This document shows, piece after piece, positions 60,374 to 64,000 of a stretch of DNA of 64,000 nt. Numbering within the stretch: the first letter of the stretch is position 1; each line of letters begins with the position of its first letter. Below the pieces are notes generated by a model that saw nothing but the letters and a program-made list of their open reading frames with translations, searched no databases and had not been told where the DNA came from. Source of the stretch: Myxococcota bacterium (GTDB lineage: Bacteria > Myxococcota_A > UBA796 > UBA2385); NCBI GenBank assembly GCA_044344255.1, contig JBIJDH010000012.1, positions 128,001 through 192,000 of the forward strand. The letters are read 5' to 3'. Both the position numbers and the translations under genes were made by a program.

Positions 60374-62397
60374 ACCGCAGCCCGCGGCCGCCCACACAGG
60401 GCCGTCCGAAGCCCCCGGCGCCCGCAGGCCCGGATCGCAGCTCGATCGTGCTGGTGGTGCTGCTGGGGCTGGTCGGCCTGGGCTCGGTGGCGGGGACCCT
60501 GCTCATCCTCCGAGAAGAGCGGCTCCGGCGCGTTGACCTTGGTCGCGCCGAGCTCTCCGCGCTCGTCAGCCGGCAGGCGGCGGTGCAGCAGGGCGCGATC
60601 GAGGCGGCGCTCCAGGCCCTCGCCGCCGGGGTGCCCTGGGCGGCGATCCCCACCGACCACGTAGACGAGCTCGCCCTCTTCGGTGGAGGGCCGGGTGGAC
60701 CGCAGCTCATCGCCCCCGCGCCGCCCTCCCGCGGGGATCCGACGCTGCTCATCGAGGAGGACTGCTTGCGCACGGCGCGCGCGCGAGCGACCTCGCAGGA
60801 CATCGAGGGGGCGTTGCTCGCCTTCCGCGCATGCGACGCGGAGCCGCCTGCGGTCCGCCTCACCGCGCGGTCGCAAGCGGCGGCGCTGCTCACCGACCAC
60901 GGCGAGCCCAGCCGCGCCCTCGAGCTGCTCCTCATCGGAGACCCGCCTCTGCCGTTGTCCTTCGCGCGCGCGAGGGAGCTGGACCCCCGCGAGCTGATCC
61001 GCCAGCGCGCCGAGGCGGCCCACGCCCAGACGAGACTGGGGAGGGAGGACACCGCCGAGGCCATCCTCTCCGCCGCGGTCCAAGAGATCTGTGACCTCCC
61101 CGCCTCCGATCTCGAGCTGCTGCTGCCCACCGCCGAGCGCATCGCCCGCACCGACCTCGGCGACGCCGCCCAGTCCCCCGACCCCGCCGCCTGCCTGGCT
61201 CCGGCCCGGGCACGCCTCGCCCGCTGGGAGCTGCTCCTGCGCGAGGTCTTACCCGTCGCGTTCCTCGACCAGGCCGCCGGTCGGGCCCTCCAGAGCCCGG
61301 TCGCCCTGCGGGTCGGCCCCGCCACCGAGGCCGCCGTAGACGGCTACGCCTTCATCCGGACGGTCGCGGACGGGCGCATCGCTGTGGCGACGGTCTCTCG
61401 GGAGGGCCTGCAAGACGCGCTGTGGGCCGCCTCTCTGTACCGCGAAGACGCCCCCTCCCTCGCGATCCTCGACGCCTCCGGGGCGGTCGCCCGCGGCGCG
61501 TCGCCCTCCACCACCCGCCGCGAGGTCGCCTTCGAGGTCTCCGCCGGGACCCTGCTCCCCGATCTCCGCTTGGTGCGCTGGCAAGGCGCCGACCCACTCC
61601 GTACGATGACGCAGCGCTTGATGGTGGCCCTCGGGCTCCCGCTCGCCGCGGCGATGGTGCTCGGCGCCCTGGCGATCGCGCGTCAAGCGCGCGCCGACCG
61701 CCACCTCCGCGAGCTCCACGATCGACAGCAGGCCTTCATCACGCGCGTCACGCACGAGCTGAAGACCCCGCTGGCCGGGATCCGGGTGATGGCCGAGACC
61801 ATCGAGATGGGGGCCGCGGAGGATCGGGAGACCAACCGCATCTTCAACAATCGGATCATCCAGGAGGCCGACAACCTCGGCCGCCGTATCGAGGAGGTCC
61901 TCACCGCCGCCCGCCGACCAGAGGTCCGAAACCTGACGGTGATCAAGCCCGCCGAGATGGCCGCGGCCCTCGTGGAGGAGTGGCGCCCCCGCATCGCCCA
62001 AGCGGGCGCCGTCCTCGAGGCCGATCTCCAACCTTGTTCGCCGGTGGAGGCTGATCCAGACCTCCTCCGGGACGCGCTCGGCAACCTGCTCGACAACGCC
62101 CTGAAGTACGGCCGCACCGGGGTGCGCGGGTTGGTGCGGGTGCGAACCTTCAATATGGGCGATTGGGTGGCCTTCGAGGTCACCGACAACGGGATCGGCG
62201 TCCCCCCAGCGATGCGGCGCCGGATCTTCGAGCGCTTCACGCGTGTCGAGGGCCCCGGCCGAGGCAAGGCGGGGGGCCATGGGCTCGGCCTCGCCTTCGT
62301 TCAAGAGTCCGCGCTGGCGCACGGCGGGCTGGTAGAGTGCCTGGACGGCTTAGAGGGCGGCTCCCGCTTTCGCCTCAAGCTGAAGCGGGCTCGATGA
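60370..62397 (+). CDS. Membrane sensor histidine kinase
   Basis: Two TMs, THELKTPL, NLLDNALKY, DNGIG, GHGLGL. Confidence 0.92.
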   Translation: MNRSPRPPTQGRPKPPAPAGPDRSSIVLVVLLGLVGLGSVAGTLLILREERLRRVDLGRAELSALVSRQAAVQQGAIEAALQALAAGVPWAAIPTDHVDELALFGGGPGGPQLIAPAPPSRGDPTLLIEEDCLRTARARATSQDIEGALLAFRACDAEPPAVRLTARSQAAALLTDHGEPSRALELLLIGDPPLPLSFARARELDPRELIRQRAEAAHAQTRLGREDTAEAILSAAVQEICDLPASDLELLLPTAERIARTDLGDAAQSPDPAACLAPARARLARWELLLREVLPVAFLDQAAGRALQSPVALRVGPATEAAVDGYAFIRTVADGRIAVATVSREGLQDALWAASLYREDAPSLAILDASGAVARGASPSTTRREVAFEVSAGTLLPDLRLVRWQGADPLRTMTQRLMVALGLPLAAAMVLGALAIARQARADRHLRELHDRQQAFITRVTHELKTPLAGIRVMAETIEMGAAEDRETNRIFNNRIIQEADNLGRRIEEVLTAARRPEVRNLTVIKPAEMAAALVEEWRPRIAQAGAVLEADLQPCSPVEADPDLLRDALGNLLDNALKYGRTGVRGLVRVRTFNMGDWVAFEVTDNGIGVPPAMRRRIFERFTRVEGPGRGKAGGHGLGLAFVQESALAHGGLVECLDGLEGGSRFRLKLKRAR

Positions 62398-62425
62398 GCC
62401 TCCTCCTCGCCCCCTGGAGCCCACC

Positions 62426-63112
62426 GTGACGGACCGCGCTCGAATCCTGGTCGTCGAAGACGACGACACCATCGCCCTCGGCGTGGTGCGCGCGTTGCAA
62501 CACGCCGGTCACGAGGTGCGCCGCTTCGACCGCATGGAGACCGCCATCGACACCCTGGCGGACTGGGCGCCACAGCTCGTCATCCTCGACGTGATGCTCC
62601 CCGGCGCCAGCGGCCTCGACATGCTCCGTTACCTTCGCCGCATTCATCACGAGCTGCCCGTGATCCTGGTGACGGCCCGCACCGCCGAGTCGGACCGCAT
62701 CGAGGGCCTCGACGCGGGGGCCGACGACTACCTGACGAAGCCCTTCTCCATCGCCGAGCTCCTGGCCCGCGTGCGCGCCCGCCTGCGCACCGCCCCCGAG
62801 CCCAGGAGCCCCGAGGTCGTCAAGGTGGGGATGGCCATGGTCGACCTCCGGCGGCGCCTGATCACCCGCGACGGGGTCGAGGAGCGTTTGACCACCCACG
62901 AGGCCGGCGTGCTGGACTACTTCCTCTCCAACCCGAGCCGCGACATCACCCGTGAAGAGCTGCTCGAGCACGTCTGGGGCTACGCACCCACCATGCAGAC
63001 CCGCACGGTCGACAATCAGATCTTGAAGCTACGAAAGAAGATCGAGGCCGTCTCGGCAGATCCCCGTCACATCCTCACGATCCACGGGGTCGGCTACCGC
63101 TTTCTCCGCTAA
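62426..63112 (+). CDS. OmpR-family response regulator
   Basis: LVVEDD, LDVMLP, GADDYLTKPF, 'TRTVD...LRKK', 'TIHGVGY'. Confidence 0.95.
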   Translation: MTDRARILVVEDDDTIALGVVRALQHAGHEVRRFDRMETAIDTLADWAPQLVILDVMLPGASGLDMLRYLRRIHHELPVILVTARTAESDRIEGLDAGADDYLTKPFSIAELLARVRARLRTAPEPRSPEVVKVGMAMVDLRRRLITRDGVEERLTTHEAGVLDYFLSNPSRDITREELLEHVWGYAPTMQTRTVDNQILKLRKKIEAVSADPRHILTIHGVGYRFLR

Positions 63113-63136
63113 GCCGAAGCCGCCTCGCCCGATCGC

Positions 63137-64000
63137 TCAGCGGCTGAGGCCCATCAGCAGCAGGAGCACCATCGCGAAGGCGAGCACCACCGAGAGGACG
63201 ATCCGCGCCCGTCGCCGAGCGGCCGGCGCAGGCGGGAGCTCCATCGTCTCTTCTTCGTGGACCGGGAGCAGCGCGGGCCTGCGCGCCGCCACGCCGGCCG
63301 GCCGCGGGATCCGGCCGTCCACCAAGGCGTCCGGCATCGGCACCGGCTGAGAATTCAAGAGGGCGCGCCGACAGAGATCGAGGGCCTTCTGCAGCTCGGG
63401 GATGTCGGCGAAGCGGCTCGCGGGGTCCTTCTCGAGGCAACAGCGCACCGTCCACTCGAGGTGCGGCGGGTAGCCATGGCCGGGCCGGACGTCATCGAAG
63501 CCGGGGGGCTGGTTGCGGAGGTGCGCGATCAGCACCGCGGAGCCCGTCAGGTCTGCGAAGGGCGTGCGGCCCATCAGGCAGCGGTAGAGCAGGATGCCGA
63601 CGGAGTAGATGTCGGTGCGCCCATCCACGCGACCGCCACCGACCTGCTCGGGGGACATGTAGGAGGGCGTGCCCACCAGCGTGCCCAGCCGCGTGAGGCC
63701 GCTCGAGTCTTCGATGTCCTTGGCGATGCCGAAGTCGACCAGCTTCACCAACGGCCGGCCGTCCTCCCCGCCGAGCACGAAGATGTTGGTCGGCTTGATG
63801 TCTCGATGGACGATGCCCGCCTCATGGGCCTCGTCGAGGGCGTCACAGAGCTGATCGAGGATGTAGAGGGCCTCAGTCGGCGACAGGGGCCGCTCGCGGA
63901 GGCGCTTGGCCAAGGTGCGGCCCTCGATGAACTCCATCGCCACCCAGGTGCAGCGGGGATCGCGGCCGTGACCGAGCACCCGCACCGTGACCGAGCTCTG
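63137..64000 (-). CDS. Hanks-type Ser/Thr protein kinase, 5'-truncated by the window edge
   Basis: HRDIKPTN, DFGIAK, GTPSYMSPEQ, DIYSVG, C-terminal TM. Confidence 0.95.
   Translation of the reverse strand, partial: QSSVTVRVLGHGRDPRCTWVAMEFIEGRTLAKRLRERPLSPTEALYILDQLCDALDEAHEAGIVHRDIKPTNIFVLGGEDGRPLVKLVDFGIAKDIEDSSGLTRLGTLVGTPSYMSPEQVGGGRVDGRTDIYSVGILLYRCLMGRTPFADLTGSAVLIAHLRNQPPGFDDVRPGHGYPPHLEWTVRCCLEKDPASRFADIPELQKALDLCRRALLNSQPVPMPDALVDGRIPRPAGVAARRPALLPVHEEETMELPPAPAARRRARIVLSVVLAFAMVLLLLMGLSR

Overview
High-GC bacterial chromosome segment, most likely from a Myxococcota/deltaproteobacterial genome (inferred from MYXO-CTERM-like tags, a myxosortase-like CPBP protease, and AgmX/PglI-like and FHA-GGDEF proteins). 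From left to right: a DEDDh exonuclease; an AT-richer ~3.2 kb island with an McrB/LlaJI-like AAA+ gene (frameshifted) and an McrC/LlaJI-like nuclease; two peptidoglycan-active lipoproteins and a P450; an ~18 kb GDP-heptose synthesis and tailoring cluster (Cj1427-like dehydrogenase, hddC, gmhB-gmhA fusion, hddA, fcl-like, ColD-like, two B12 radical SAM enzymes, two methyltransferases, a 2OG-Fe(II) oxygenase, an atypical split transketolase, glycosyltransferases and a TIR-like protein lacking the catalytic Glu); the rpsB-tsf-pyrH-frr-uppS-cdsA block with secA, rsmA and tsaD; a GldAFG/DUF4340-type ABC operon; larE and a CPBP protease beside a large barrel/OmpA protein with an internal MYXO-CTERM-like tag; and signalling genes. 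The best hidden signal is the last gene of the ABC operon. It reads as a lipoprotein with an in-frame UGA in a C-G-U motif followed by a SECIS-like hairpin, fused to a four-heme cytochrome c domain, and the ORF track truncates it. No tRNA, rRNA, CRISPR array, integrase or transposase was recognised. All family calls come from motif recognition by eye, not database searches.
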